Part shown: in pieces, positions 52,460-63,865 of the stretch
Position numbering within the stretch: the stretch's first letter is position 1
Layout: every line of letters begins with the position of its first letter
NCBI GenBank assembly: GCA_030390025.1
Contig: CM059433.1
Coordinates: forward strand, 9,488,001 to 9,552,000
Direction of reading: 5' to 3'
Length of the DNA stretch: 64,000 nucleotides
DNA from: Squalus acanthias
Lineage: Eukaryota
The notes under the pieces: generated by a model
What the model was told of the DNA's origin: nothing
The model's database searches: none
What the model saw: the letters and a program-made list of their open reading frames with translations, nothing else
Program-made: the position numbers and the translations under genes

Positions 52460-53740
52460 ATTGTATCCTTTGATTTGGGCCTTCAGATAACACCTTTGCA
52501 GAACTTAATGACATTATGCTTTTTTTGGGGGGTCATTCAGTATTTAGTTTCTCTGCATCAAATATTGGCCTTGATCGTACTCTGCAATTATCGAGTGTCT
52601 GCTAGACTCAGAACAATAATTGCTTTTTCTTGTAATAGATTAAAAAAAAGAGGCTACCCATCCTAAAGAACAGACAAGTCAGTTTGTCCAGTAATGCACA
52701 CACTAGATTATGTAAACCATTAAACAATGAACAATTCCCTTCACAAATGCATTAATGTACATTCAGTGTATTCTCTCAATCTCCTACTTTATTTTTGCTA
52801 TTTCAGTAAAAAAAATTATAATTTTAACTCTATTTAGGGGGAATAAAACATGCAAGAATCTGCAGTTTATACAAAATATTTTACAATAACTGCTTTGTCT
52901 CAACACAGAAAATTATACGGTATTTTATCCTTTCTCCCACCCCCCCCCCCTCCCCCATCAGTGGGTCTTCTTGAGTGGTGCATTTGAGAACTGAACTAAA
53001 ATAATTCCTCTCAGTGAGTGTGTGACAGTGAAGCGCAGCATTCCGAGACACACAAGAATTTCAGCATGGAATGAGAATGTCATTTGGCTTACTAACGCTT
53101 CTCTTTCGATAGACAACATACAATTTGCTGGACTTCACCTAATTTACTTGACCTGAGGCAAGTGTGAAGAAAGTGAATAATCACAGGCAAAAATAAAGCT
53201 TTGAAATGTGCCTTTTAAAATAATGTAACAAAACTTCAGGATAGCAATCTACGTCATCAACTCTGACCAGTTGCATTCCACAGATGACAATACTCTCTTG
53301 GTCAAGGCAACAAAAGAACCAGAGCTCCCGAGAGAATTTGATCTACGTGGAATAAAATGTACTTATTGCAGCTGAAGCGACACAGATTGGAAACTGAACC
53401 ATTACTGCTGACGGCAAACGGATTTAAAATGTGACAAAGGGATGAGGTAGTCGATTTCCCCACCACTACTTTCCCCCTATCTCACCCAAAGGTACGACCC
53501 AAGATACAATTCCTTTTTAAGTAATGAGAATTGACAGCTTTTATTTGATGCAATGCACTTCGAGCTTTACATTCAAAATCCCTGTCCTCACTTAAAAAAT
53601 CCCTATGCTTGCTGCCCTATCGCTTCCTATCTCTGCAATCTCCTCCAGCTTTACATGTGAGCAGATTCCCTTTCCTGTAATCATGTTCACATTTTTGCTG
53701 GCTACTGATGTTTCACTGTAAAGCAATGGCATTTAGCACA

Positions 53741-54095
53741 GGGAACGGTAGCATAGTGGTAATGTTACTAGACTAATAATCTCAGAGGTCTGGACTAATA
53801 ATCCATGTGACAAGAACTCAAATCCCACCACGGCAGCTGGGGAATTTAAATTCAGTTAATTAAATAAATCGGGAATAAAAAGTGATTGTATCAATAATAT
53901 CTGGTTCACTAATAGTCCTTTAGGGAAGGAAATCTGCTGGTCTGGCCTATATGTGACTCTAGGCCCACAGCAATTGTGGTTGACTCTTAACTGCCCTCTG
54001 AAATGGCCTAACAAGCCACTCAAGGGTAATTAGGGATGGACAATAAATGCTAGCCTTGGCAGCGGTGCCCACATGCCTTAAAGGAATAAAAGAAA
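53741..54095 (+). mobile_element. tRNA-derived SINE with LINE family A tail
   Basis: Head GGTAGCATAGTGG...TCAAATCCC; 3' end GGGTAATTAGGGATGGACAATAAATGCTAGCCTTGGCAGC matches LINE family A ends. Confidence 0.7.
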
Positions 54096-55158
54096 TGATC
54101 TAGAAGACTTAATTTTAGACCTTTATTAATTTACCTTCTGCGCATCAAGTTTTGTCTCTCCAACAAGTTGAATTGCTTTATTTGATTTCTGTATTTTGGT
54201 TCTGTTCAACATCACATTAATGATACTTCTATCTCAATGGGAATTCCTGTATTTTACTGTATTCCTGTTAGCAATACAGACAAGACACCCTATCGTTTGT
54301 AGTTCCTAAGAAAACTACGATAACAGACTTTGAGATTCTCAGAACATACACAAGACTGGGTATATTGTCTAGAAAATCTCTTAACTACTTTATTGCAGTG
54401 CATACCAATTACCTTGGGATCCAGGGTAGTGGGGACTCAGGAAGTAAGAACAAGGTAAAGAATGGGAGGGAAACAGCAACAGGAAAAAAAGAAAAAAAAA
54501 GCAATGATAAAGGCCAAAGGAAGAAAAAACACTGAAACCAGGGGAAAACCAGTTAGCAAAAGCAGGTGTCAAGAGGTGCATAGAGGAGAGAGAAGGAATA
54601 TACCAATAAACAATACGTTATAACAAACTTTAGGTGATAAAACATGTATACACATGAGCAATTACAAGGAACGGAAACAGATTCAGTGTGTACACTTTTT
54701 TGTGTATTTGCATTCATGTACACACAGAAAATACAGCAAAAATAAAGGGAGAAAGGGGGGGAATTTTAACCCCCAAAAAACAGGTGGGTTGGGAAGTTAA
54801 AGGGCTAAAAATTCAGTCGCGCCCCGTTTGGGGCGCACATATCGTCCGGGCGCAAAAATTAGCGCCTGGCGCTAATTATCGCCACTGACTGGAAACTTCA
54901 CTTTTAACGCCCCTGGAGGTGATTGGAGCGCTAAATCAGGCGCTGTACACCTGTCTTAAGGCGCAAAGGCCGAGGAGTGAGGCGCTAACTCAGAGCGCGA
55001 GCGCAGCGCAGGTGCTGCCAGTTAGCGAGGGAACACAGACACACTGGCGCCGGCCAGTTCTTAAGGGGGGGGGCGATCTTGCTCCCCAGCCACACCCTGC
55101 TCATTGCAGCCTTGAATCTCGGCCTGGAGAGACCTGTGAATCCATTTTCCATCCAAGG

Positions 55159-57002
55159 ATGGAGAGGGTGAGACAACGAGCTCAGCGCTTCACCGAGCGG
55201 GCCTTGGATGCTCTGGTTGGCGCGGTGGAGCGCCGAAGAGCAATACTGTACCCAGAGAGTGGCAGGAGGCCTTTGCCGCGCGACTACAGAAGAGTGTGGA
55301 GGGAGGTGGTTCAGCGCGTCTCCTCCAGGAGCATGGTGCCCAGGACCCATGTCCAATGCCGGAAAAAGTTCAACGACCTCACTCGGGTCGTCAGGGTGAG
55401 TGGCTTTTTTGCAATACCTCTCCATCCCTCCATCTCAACCTCACTCTATGGCCAGAGGGTCTTAAAACCACAATTAACAACACTCATCCAACACCTATGG
55501 CCCTTTCATGAAGCACACACGCACATTCCATACTTTGCATACAGTAAGGGCTATTCACCTATGGGAGGCACATCAGGCAAGACCATGGCTGTATACAGTA
55601 AGGGCTATTCACCTATGGGAGGCACATCAGGCAAGACCATGGCTGTATACAGTAAGGGCTATTCACCTATGGGAGGCACATCAGGCAAGACCATGGCTGT
55701 ATATTTACTCGGACGCCGTCCTTTTTCTTGCAGGCCAAGCTGGCGCATAATAGGAGACAGCAGCAACGGACGGGTGGAGGGCGGCCTCAGCTGCAACCCC
55801 TCAGCGATCTGGATGAGCGCGTCCACAGGATTGTGGCAAGCCGGGTGATCGGTCCCGTCGCCACTGGAGACGCCGACCCCGTTCTGGACAGCAATGGTAA
55901 GGTCATCACCTTTTTGTCCTCTGTCCTTCCACTTGTCCCTCACAACACCAGCCTTTGACACTTTCAATCCAACTTACTAACTCGCTGCACTTTTTCCTCC
56001 CTTACTGCCACCCTGTCCTCACGCTAAAGCCACTCTTGTACCTCCCTGCTTTCAGATGGTGATTCACCAGCTGAGGAGACGGGCCCTGAAGCTGCCAGTG
56101 GGAGTGAAGCTGCAGCCGAGGAGGAAGAGGAAGCCGGAGCATCAGTGCCACCCTCTCCCGAGGAAGCCCATGCCCACACTGGGAACACGCCTTCCCTGGA
56201 GGGGAGCAGGGGGGAAGGGTCAGATGAGGGTGAAGCTCCAGGACCCAGCGGGCTGCAGCAACGCGATGGGGGTAGGGAAGCTCGGGGGCCTTCTCCCCGG
56301 AGGGAGAGTATGCCAGCGAGTCCTGCTGCACTGGACGCAGAGGAGGAGCGGCTGATCGCGGAAATGAACACCCAGGCGGTGGGCATGCACACTGAGCTCA
56401 TGGCTTCAGTGGGTAGGGTGCCCGAATGCATTGAAGCACTGGCAAGGAGTGTGGAGCACTTCGCTGCAGCGCAGGCGGATGCGACACTGAAGCTCAGTGC
56501 TGCAATTCAATCTCAGACTGCTCTCATGCAGACGCAGATTGAGGTCACGCGAGCACTGTCTGCTGCCATCCTCGCTGGTTCATTCACATTTCCCCGGGGC
56601 TCTCACCGCGCCGCAGCAGGCCAGCAATCTGTGCTCCAGCAGATTGCTCCGGATGCTGAGGTGCTGCCCCGTGGGAGTGTCAGTGTGCCGGTCGAGCAGG
56701 GAGTTGCTGTCCTCACTCAAGATGACAGCATTCCTGCTGCCACCACTGTCACTTCTCCACTGCAGTTGCCACCGCCTGTAGGACAGACTGCTGCCGCCCA
56801 TGCAGAGTTGGTGCTGTCTGCAGCCGGGCCCTCCAGTCCCAGAACTGGTCGAGGCCGTCCCTCAAGGGCATCTGCATTGTCAGGGCCTGACAGTCAGCAG
56901 CCTTCCACCAGCCTTGCTGCAGCCACTGAGGTCCCATTGCGGAGGAGCAGTAGGGTAAGAAGGGGGGAAGGGCGCACGGGAAGGAGTTCACCCTTGATGT
57001 AG
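55159..57002 (+). CDS. Harbinger Myb/SANT-like DNA-binding protein, 3 exons (55159-55395, 55734-55896, 56056-57002), 448 aa predicted
   Basis: MERVRQRAQRFTERALDALV...W...QCRKKFNDL Myb/SANT-like motif followed by RTGGG. GT-AG introns in phases 0 and 1 join into one open frame ending at TAG 57000-57002; ATTAAA and AATAAA lie downstream. Confidence 0.82.
55539..55703 (+). repeat. Perfect 3 x 54-bp tandem repeat in intron 1 of the Harbinger Myb gene
   Basis: Unit ATACAGTAAGGGCTATTCACCTATGGGAGGCACATCAGGCAAGACCATGGCTGT at 55539, 55593 and 55647. Confidence 0.95.
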
Positions 57003-57313
57003 GAGGTGTGACAAAATGCTGGTCATTTTTTTATTAAAGGCCGAGGTTCGTGGTCAAACTTTTGTTGAGTGTTTTGCACATGATCTCCAGGTTGTGAGAA
57101 CCAGTTATGGTAATGACTGTTTTTTTGTGCTTATTTGTATGAGTTTGTCATGAAGAAATGACACACTCAGAGTTTGTAAAATAAATAAGTTTTGGTACTC
57201 AAAATATACATGTTTGGTGTTTGGAATCAGTGGTGCCTTGGCCGGCTTAGGGGTTGCGTGTTGGGTTCATTCATGCTGTTCTCAACGGCAGAAGCCATTT
57301 CCACAGCAGGGGC

Positions 57314-58465
57314 CTAGAAGCGGCTTGCTATCAGCCGCTGACGGACGGCCCTTGCAGTTTCACCATTGTGGGCCGCCCTCACGCCTTGGTGCTGCTGCTG
57401 ATCATCCTCATCCTCTTCTTCCTCCTCCTCCTCTGGTGGTGCTCCAAGGCCTGGTGGCATTGGCTGGGTCCTGAGGATTGCCATGTTATGCAGCATGCAG
57501 CACACAACTACGATGCTGGAAACTCGCTCAGGCGAGTACTGCAGGGCTCCTCCAGAATGGTCGAGACAGCGGAACCGTTGCTTGAGCACGCCGATTGTGT
57601 GCTCCACGATGTTCCTGGTAGCTTGATGGCTCTCGTTGTACCGCAGCTCAGCAGGGGTGTTGGGCGTACGGAGCGGTGTCATCAGCCAGGTGCACAGTGG
57701 ATACCCCTTGTCCCCGAGAAGCCAACCAACTGGCTGATGCGGTGCCTCGAAAAGTTCTGCCACAGTAGTCTGGCGCAGGATGAAAGCATCGTGGCAGCTG
57801 CCAGGATAGTGGGCATTGACAGCGAGTATCAGCTGTCTGTGGTCACAGACCAACTGAACATTCAAGGAATGGAACCCCTTTCTGTTCCGGAAATCCTCGG
57901 CATTCTCATGCGGAGCACGCAAAGCCACATGCGTGCAGTCAATGGCGCCCTGCACCATGGGGAAGCCCGCTATCCTCGCAAAGCCCAGAGCGCGTTCTTG
58001 CTACTTGTCTGGGGTCATGGGGAAAGAGATGAACTCTCGTCTTCTTTTAAACAGGGCATTTGTGACCTTCCTGATGCAGCAGTGCACCGCGAACTGGGAG
58101 ATATTGGCGATGTCCCCAACAGCAGATTGAAATGAGCCAGTAGCATAAAAGTTCAGAGCCACTGTGACCTTCACTGCCACTGACAGAGATGTCCTGGACC
58201 TCAGCTGAGGCTGCAGATCTGGCTGCAGCAGGTGGCAGAGCTCAGTGACCACCTCCTTGCTGAAGCGCAGCCTTCGCAGACACTGCTCCTCAGACATATG
58301 AATGTAGGAGAGCTGTTCACGATATACCCTGGGAGGGTAAGCTCTCCTGTACAGACGCCTGTTGGCCCTCCTCCGTCTGGCCATCATTGCCACTCTCTCT
58401 CTGCGTTACCGTGTCCTCCGATTCAGCTGGCGCAGGACGACGCCCCCCATCAGTGCAGCCCCCAT
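57314..58465 (-). pseudogene. Harbinger (HARBI1-like, DDE_Tnp_4) transposase with two in-frame stops
   Basis: Single frame from ATG 58465 with motifs [34 protein letters not shown] and CCMLHN. Stops are TAA at 58408-58406 and TAG at 58003-58001; no frameshifts. Confidence 0.9.
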
Positions 58466-59794
58466 ATCTCTAAGCAAGCAAAGTTATGAAGGCCAGAAAC
58501 CAAAGTACCAGCGAAGTTAGGATGAGTAGCCAAAACTACCTGACACAGCGTTGACTCAATGCAGAAGTCTCTCTTTCTCTCCGAATCTCTCTCTCTCTCT
58601 CTCAGAACGAGTGGTGCAAAAATGTCCACCACAGAGAAAGACAGGAAGAGGCCCCCTTTAAATAGCGCCCCCCCCAGCCCCACAGCGAATGATAGCGTTC
58701 CACTCTACCGGTCGTTGAATGCGCCAGGCGGTAAGGATGGGGGCGCCACTGAAATTCTGCTCCGGGGCGCCACAAGGGCGTTGCACTCTCGTATGACGTC
58801 ACAATCTGCGCGCGCAAGAGATCGCGGCGATAAAGTTTAGCGCCGCCGCTAAATGTCTAGTTAAGTTCCCGAGCGGCGCAAACATCGCTGCACCCGGGCG
58901 CTAGCTGCTTTGCGCCCCATTAGTGCCCTATTAAGGCGCTAACGGGAGGCGCAACCAACTGAATTTTTCCCCCAAAGTGTTCAGTCTGAATCCCAACCAG
59001 AACACACCCCCAACCCGCCCACTTCCGGTTTTAACAGAGGCAGGACGGGGGCGAGCAGCCAACCTGCTCCCAGGAGGTGGGTCTTCCAGTTAAATATTAT
59101 AATGAGGCTGGCATGCCTCAGATTTAACCTCCATTTAAAATTTAACTTTAGCTTGTTTTGCAGGCCACGTGAAACCTGCCAGCTAAAGTAAGGCAAGGAC
59201 TGCTGGATCCACGAGTTAAGTGCCTTTACACTTGCTTCCTGGGTCCAGCGTCCCTGCCTAACCCACCGCCCGCGATCGGAGACGCCACCCTCCCCCCCAA
59301 CGAGGCCTCCAATCCCCACTAAAAGGCTTTCACCCCACCATGCTGCTCCGGCACCCCCGATCTGCTGCTCCCAGACCCCAGATGCTCACCCAGCCCCCAG
59401 CCCCCCCGGCCCACGATTGTTCCCGACCCCCTCCCTCGTCCTCCGGCCCCCCGATCATTCCCGTCCATCACCCCCCACTTCTCCGGCCCCTATCGTTCCC
59501 GACCCACTCCCCTGCTCCTCCGGCCCCCAGTCGTTCCCAACGCACCCAGCTCCTCAGATTGTTCCCGGCCCCCTCCCCACTTGCTCCTCTGGCCACCCCC
59601 ACGCAATCCCTCCTCTCTGTGGCCTAGTGCTACAGGCCGACCTGCCCGGAGCCATCTGGCTGGCTGCGGGTGGGAAACAGAGGTTTCCATTGCAAATCAG
59701 GCCCTGCTGTTAAATTCAACAGGGCCTGCTGGAAACCCGTTCGCCTGGATTTCTCGACTGCTTCCAAGTGCCCCCCCACCCCCCACCTCCTGCT

Positions 59795-60255
59795 GGTTAG
59801 CGTTCTCCAAGGCGGCCTTCGAGACACACGACAACGCAAAATCATCGAGCAGAAACTGATAGCCAAGTTCCGCACTCATGAGGACGGCCTCAATAGAGAT
59901 ATCGGGTTCATGTCACGCTACAGAACGTGACTCGACATCGTTGTCTGTCTTTCCAGTTTAAAAAAAAAACACAAAACCCCCCCCCCCCCCAAAAAAACAC
60001 TGCAGACAGCAGGATTTGACACGTTGGACCCCCTGTGACACATCTCATTGTCTTGGCTGTGCTCTTGGTGTGTCTTTGATGTAAGGACACCTTCCCTGAA
60101 AGATTGTATCTCTGCAGTTTCTGTGTTCATATACTGTGAAATATTGTAGATTCACTCATTGTAACTTTACCTGAGGAAGGGGCGACAGCTCCGAAAGCTT
60201 GTAATTTTAAATAAATCTGTTGGACTATAACCTGGTGTTGTGCGACTTCTCATTT
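59795..60255 (+). mobile_element. Penelope-like element 3' fragment: GIY-YIG endonuclease C-terminus plus pLTR
   Basis: VSVLQGGLRDTRQRKIIEQKLIAKFRTHEDGLNRDIGFMSRYRT* (R..E....I.......GLN motif), followed by a 3' region with hammerhead motif, AATAAA and TGTTGGACTATAACCTGGTGTTGTG. Confidence 0.82.
60167..60204 (+). ncRNA. Minimal hammerhead ribozyme motif, divergent variant
   Basis: TTAC-CTGAGGA-A-GGGGC-GACA-GCTCC-GAAA-GC-TT-GTAA; compensatory helix I change relative to the 44 kb copy. Confidence 0.75.
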
Positions 60256-60257
60256 TT

Positions 60258-60968
60258 GTCTTCTTCTTAGGCAGTCCCTCGGAACCGAGGATGACTTGCT
60301 TCCACAATAAAAATGAGTTCTCAGGAGACTGATGAGTCCAATGCGGGACCTACAGTCTCTGTCACAGGTGGGGCAGACAGTGGTTGAAGGGGCGGGAGGG
60401 TGGGGTGCTTGGGATGACGTGCGCTCCTTCCGCTGTTCGCGCTTGGTTTCCGCTTGCTCCCGGCGAAGAAACTCGAGGTGTTCGGCAACTTCCCGGATGC
60501 TTCTCCTCCACTTTAAGCGGTCTTGGGCCAAGGATTCCCAGGTGTCGGTGGGGATGTTGCACTTTTTCAAGGAGGCTTTGAGGGTGTCCTTGAAGCATTT
60601 TCTCTGCCCACCTGGGGCTCTCTTGCCATGTCGGAGCTCCGAGTAGAGCGCTATTTTTGGGAGTCTCGTATCGGGCATGTGGACGATGTGGCCCGTCCAT
60701 CGGAGCTGAATGAGCGTGGTCAAAGCTTCGATGCTGGGGATGTTGACCTGAGCGAGAACACTGACGTTGGTGTGCCTATCCTGCCAATGGATTTGCAGGA
60801 TCTTGCGGAGGCAACGTTGGTGGTGCCTCTCCAGTGCTTTGAGGTGCCTGCTGTACATGGTCCATGTTTCTGAGGCATACAGGAGGGCAGGTATCACTGC
60901 TGCTCTGTAGACCATGAGCTTGGTGCTGGGTTTGAGGTCCTGGCCTTCAAACACTCTCTTCCTCAGGC
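60258..60968 (-). mobile_element. RTE-clade LINE 3' fragment (same family as 33362-33857)
   Basis: TKLMVYRAAVIPALLYASETW...QLRWTGHIVHMPDTRLPK; (AAG)n tail. Confidence 0.9.
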
Positions 60969-62209
60969 GACAAATGAGATGATACGTCTCAGTGCTGAGA
61001 TTAGGTAAAACAGCAGAATACTGACCTCGGCATATCCCATTGGAAATACTCAACGCCGTAGCACTCCTTTTCAATGAAAGTTGTTTCATACCGCTGTTGA
61101 TCCTAATGGGTGGGCCCTTTAAGTTTAAAGTTCAGTGAGCTACTAACATGCCAATGGGAAAGTTTTCAGGATTATATTCATATCACTTGCATCTGTGTAA
61201 CATTACCGTGCAGGGTAATTTTTAAACCCTGCAATTTCCAATAATTAACTCCAAGTCATGCTTATATGTAGGTAGTCACGTCAAGCAGTGACTTTGAAGT
61301 GCCAAATACTTGGCTTTGGCTAGTCAACCCCCTCACACCTCCTCCATACACATGCCATCATGCTCATTATTCCCTAATTAGGTACCTGACAGAAATTCTG
61401 AATAGTGCCAAAGCAAGAATGCATTAATGTTTGACAAGCAACACATTTTAGATTCATGGGGTGGAATTTTCCCCTCATGTATAATGCATGAAGATAAAAA
61501 TTCCACTGAACAGCTAAGTTATGTGTTGCACTGGGTCCTTTTTACTCTACGTCTCTCAATGTATACAATTTATAATTGCCATTTTAGTGCAAAAGCAAAT
61601 AAATAAAGAATGCAGAATAATCCATACTATCACCAAAATAGATAGAAAGGAAAAAAAAAAGAAAAAGTGAAAAAGAGAAAGTAAAAAAGATAGAATGTTA
61701 GATATTACTTTGGTGCCTTTCAGTATTTTGATTGGATTACAGTAGCCCACAGACATCCTGCTTCATTTCTCTGTACGCCCGTCCTGTTGACAATACGCGG
61801 GATAGAAAGCCTTTTTACATTGTTGCACTGGAGTCAACTCTGGATGCAGTCGATGCACTTCAGAATATAAACTTATTTGCCTCTGTTTATCCTATGCCAG
61901 TAAAGATCCACAATTTCCTGGGGCTCAGAATCTGCTGCTGGTGGTCCGAGGCATACTAAATGTGCTACGCCAGTTTGGTATGTCAGCGTGACTGTGCCAC
62001 GACGTAAAATTCTGTTATAATGCAAGTATGAGACACTGGGCTGGCTCAGCACCTGTTCTGGCACATGCTTGAATTTTATTTTAAAATAAAGAACTAGCCG
62101 ATCTCTCCTGTGGCGTTGCTCACAGTGAGTTGGAGAACCTGTTGTTTTAAAATAATTTGAGGTGTTAGAAACAAAGGGTGACAGAGAAAATGTTACATGA
62201 AATAAGTAA

Positions 62210-62985
62210 AGAAAGACTTTCATTTCTATCGCGCCTTTCACAACCTCAGGATGTCCCAAAGGGCTTTACAGCCAATGAAGTATTTTTGAAGTGTAGTCAC
62301 TGTTGTAATGTCGGAAATGCAGCAGCCAATTTGCCCTAATTAGCCATTTTCCCTACAAACAGCAATATGATAATGATCAGATAATCTGTTTTAGTGATTG
62401 GAGCTCTCACATGGGGAAAAGGTAAACCTGAAATAAAGATGAATAAAATTTTACAAAAAAATTTAAAACATTTTTGAAAGTTTCTTAAAAATTTGAATTT
62501 TTATTAAAATGGATAAATTTGACACTTCTCAAAATTAAAATGAGTTTTTCAGGGCCATAACATTTGTTTAGCAGTCAATACGCTGTTAAAACCCCAGTTG
62601 CACCTAATCCAAAAGGGTCTAACTTTTAATGGGGTATTTAACAGCGGTATTACCGTGGAAGAGCCGAAGTTTTTGTCAGTTTCCATGATTTGACAGATTA
62701 GGCTGATTACCGGCTTGGGCTGGGGCCACAGCACAGCCAGTGTCGGAGCAGTGAATGACTGTCCGCAACCTCAGCATTTCCGTGTTAGGATGCGCATGCG
62801 CTACATCCTGAATTTGTGGTGAGTTTCAAAGGGGTAATAACAGCAAACACTGTTCGTTCGCTGTTATTACCCACTGCAAATTCCAGGCCATTGGCTAGGA
62901 TATTCTCCTGTTCTTCTTCGAATAGTGCCATGGGATTTTTCATGTCCACCTGAGAGGACAGATGGGGCCTCGGTTTAACATCTCA
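62210..62985 (-). mobile_element. DeuSINE-like SINE split by a MITE fragment
   Basis: Tail at 62210-62399 and core at 62890-62985. Confidence 0.7.
62400..62889. mobile_element. Truncated Harbinger-type MITE inside a DeuSINE copy
   Basis: Ends in AAATTCCAGGCC; organisation similar to the right half of 50804-51560; SINE sequence resumes at 62890. Confidence 0.55.
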
Positions 62986-63271
62986 TGTATTACAGGAGAT
63001 GTTACAAAATGTGCACTCTACACTCAAGACTTAACATATTATAAATAGATGGGATGTACACTGTAGGAACAGGAATAGGCCACTCAGCCCCTCAAGTCTG
63101 CTCCGTCATTCAGTTTGATCATGGCTGATCTGTACCTCAATGCTATTTATCCACCTTAGCTCAATATCCCGCGACAACCTTACCTAAGAAAAATCTATCC
63201 TATTACTATGCACTCCTGTACACTCTTTGGAACAAACCAATTTGGAAGACACAGACTTTAAAAACTTTGTT

Positions 63272-63865
63272 TTTTAAATTCATTCATGGGATGTGCGAGT
63301 CGCTAGCAAGGCCAGCATTTATTGCCCATCCCTAATTGTCCTTGAGAAGGTGAGCCGCCTTCTTGAACTGCTATAGTCCGTGCGGTGAAGGTACTCACAC
63401 AGTGCTGTTAGTAAGGAGTACTAGGATTTTGACCCAGAGACCATGAAAGAATGGCGATATATTTCCAAGTCAGGATGGTGTGAGACTTGGAGGTACCTGC
63501 TGCCCTTGTCCTTCTAGGTTGTAGAGGTCACAGGTGTGGGAGGTGCTGTTGAAGAACCCTTGGCGAGTTGCTGCAGTGCATCTTATAGATGGTACACACT
63601 GCAGCCACATTGTGTCAGTGGTTGGAGGGAGTGAATGTTTAAGGTGGTGGATGATGCATCATTAATATGCAGTGGTGCTCTGAATCGTAGTTCTGGAGCA
63701 CAAGTCTTCAGCACTATAGCCGGGATGTTGTCGGGCCCATAGCCTTTGCTATATCCAGTACACTCAGCCATTTCTTGTTCTCATGTGGAGTGAATCGAAT
63801 TAGCTGAAGCCTGGCATCAGTGATGGTGGAGACCTCAGGAGGAGGCCGAGATGGATCATTCACTC
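63272..63865 (-). mobile_element. LINE family A fragment with internal deletion
   Basis: Tail and RT C-terminus joined to the GPDNIPAIVLKTCAPEL segment. Confidence 0.8.

Larger units (their letters stand above)
54802..58973. mobile_element. Full-length PIF/Harbinger DNA transposon (4172 bp)
   Basis: TIRs GGGCTAAAAATTCAGT and (reverse complement) GGGGGAAAAATTCAGT; AAA TSD at 54799-54801 and 58974-58976; convergent Myb/SANT and DDE transposase genes. Confidence 0.93.
54755..59790. mobile_element. Host MITE-like element split by the Harbinger insertion (54755-54801 and 58977-~59790)
   Basis: GGGGGGAATTTTAAC terminus; GC-rich CCCGCCC-containing sequence continues across the AAA TSD; right TIR not seen. 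Confidence 0.5.

Noticed and set aside
55539..55703. Tandem repeat as a CRISPR-like array
   Set aside because: Units are contiguous and identical, with no spacers; eukaryotic context.
54919..55848. 309-aa ORF with triple YSKGYSPMGGTSGKTMAV repeat as a real protein
   Set aside because: Reads through transposon 5' sequence and intron 1; the spliced model fits Harbinger Myb proteins better.
57254..58135. 293-aa plus-strand ORF
   Set aside because: Antisense shadow of the transposase with no recognisable motif.
57314..58465. Domesticated HARBI1 gene
   Set aside because: Flanked by TIRs and TSD, paired with a Myb gene and interrupted by stops, so a transposon copy.
61460..61505. Small hairpin GTGGAATTTT...AAAATTCCAC
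   Set aside because: Too short and imperfect to distinguish a MITE remnant from chance.
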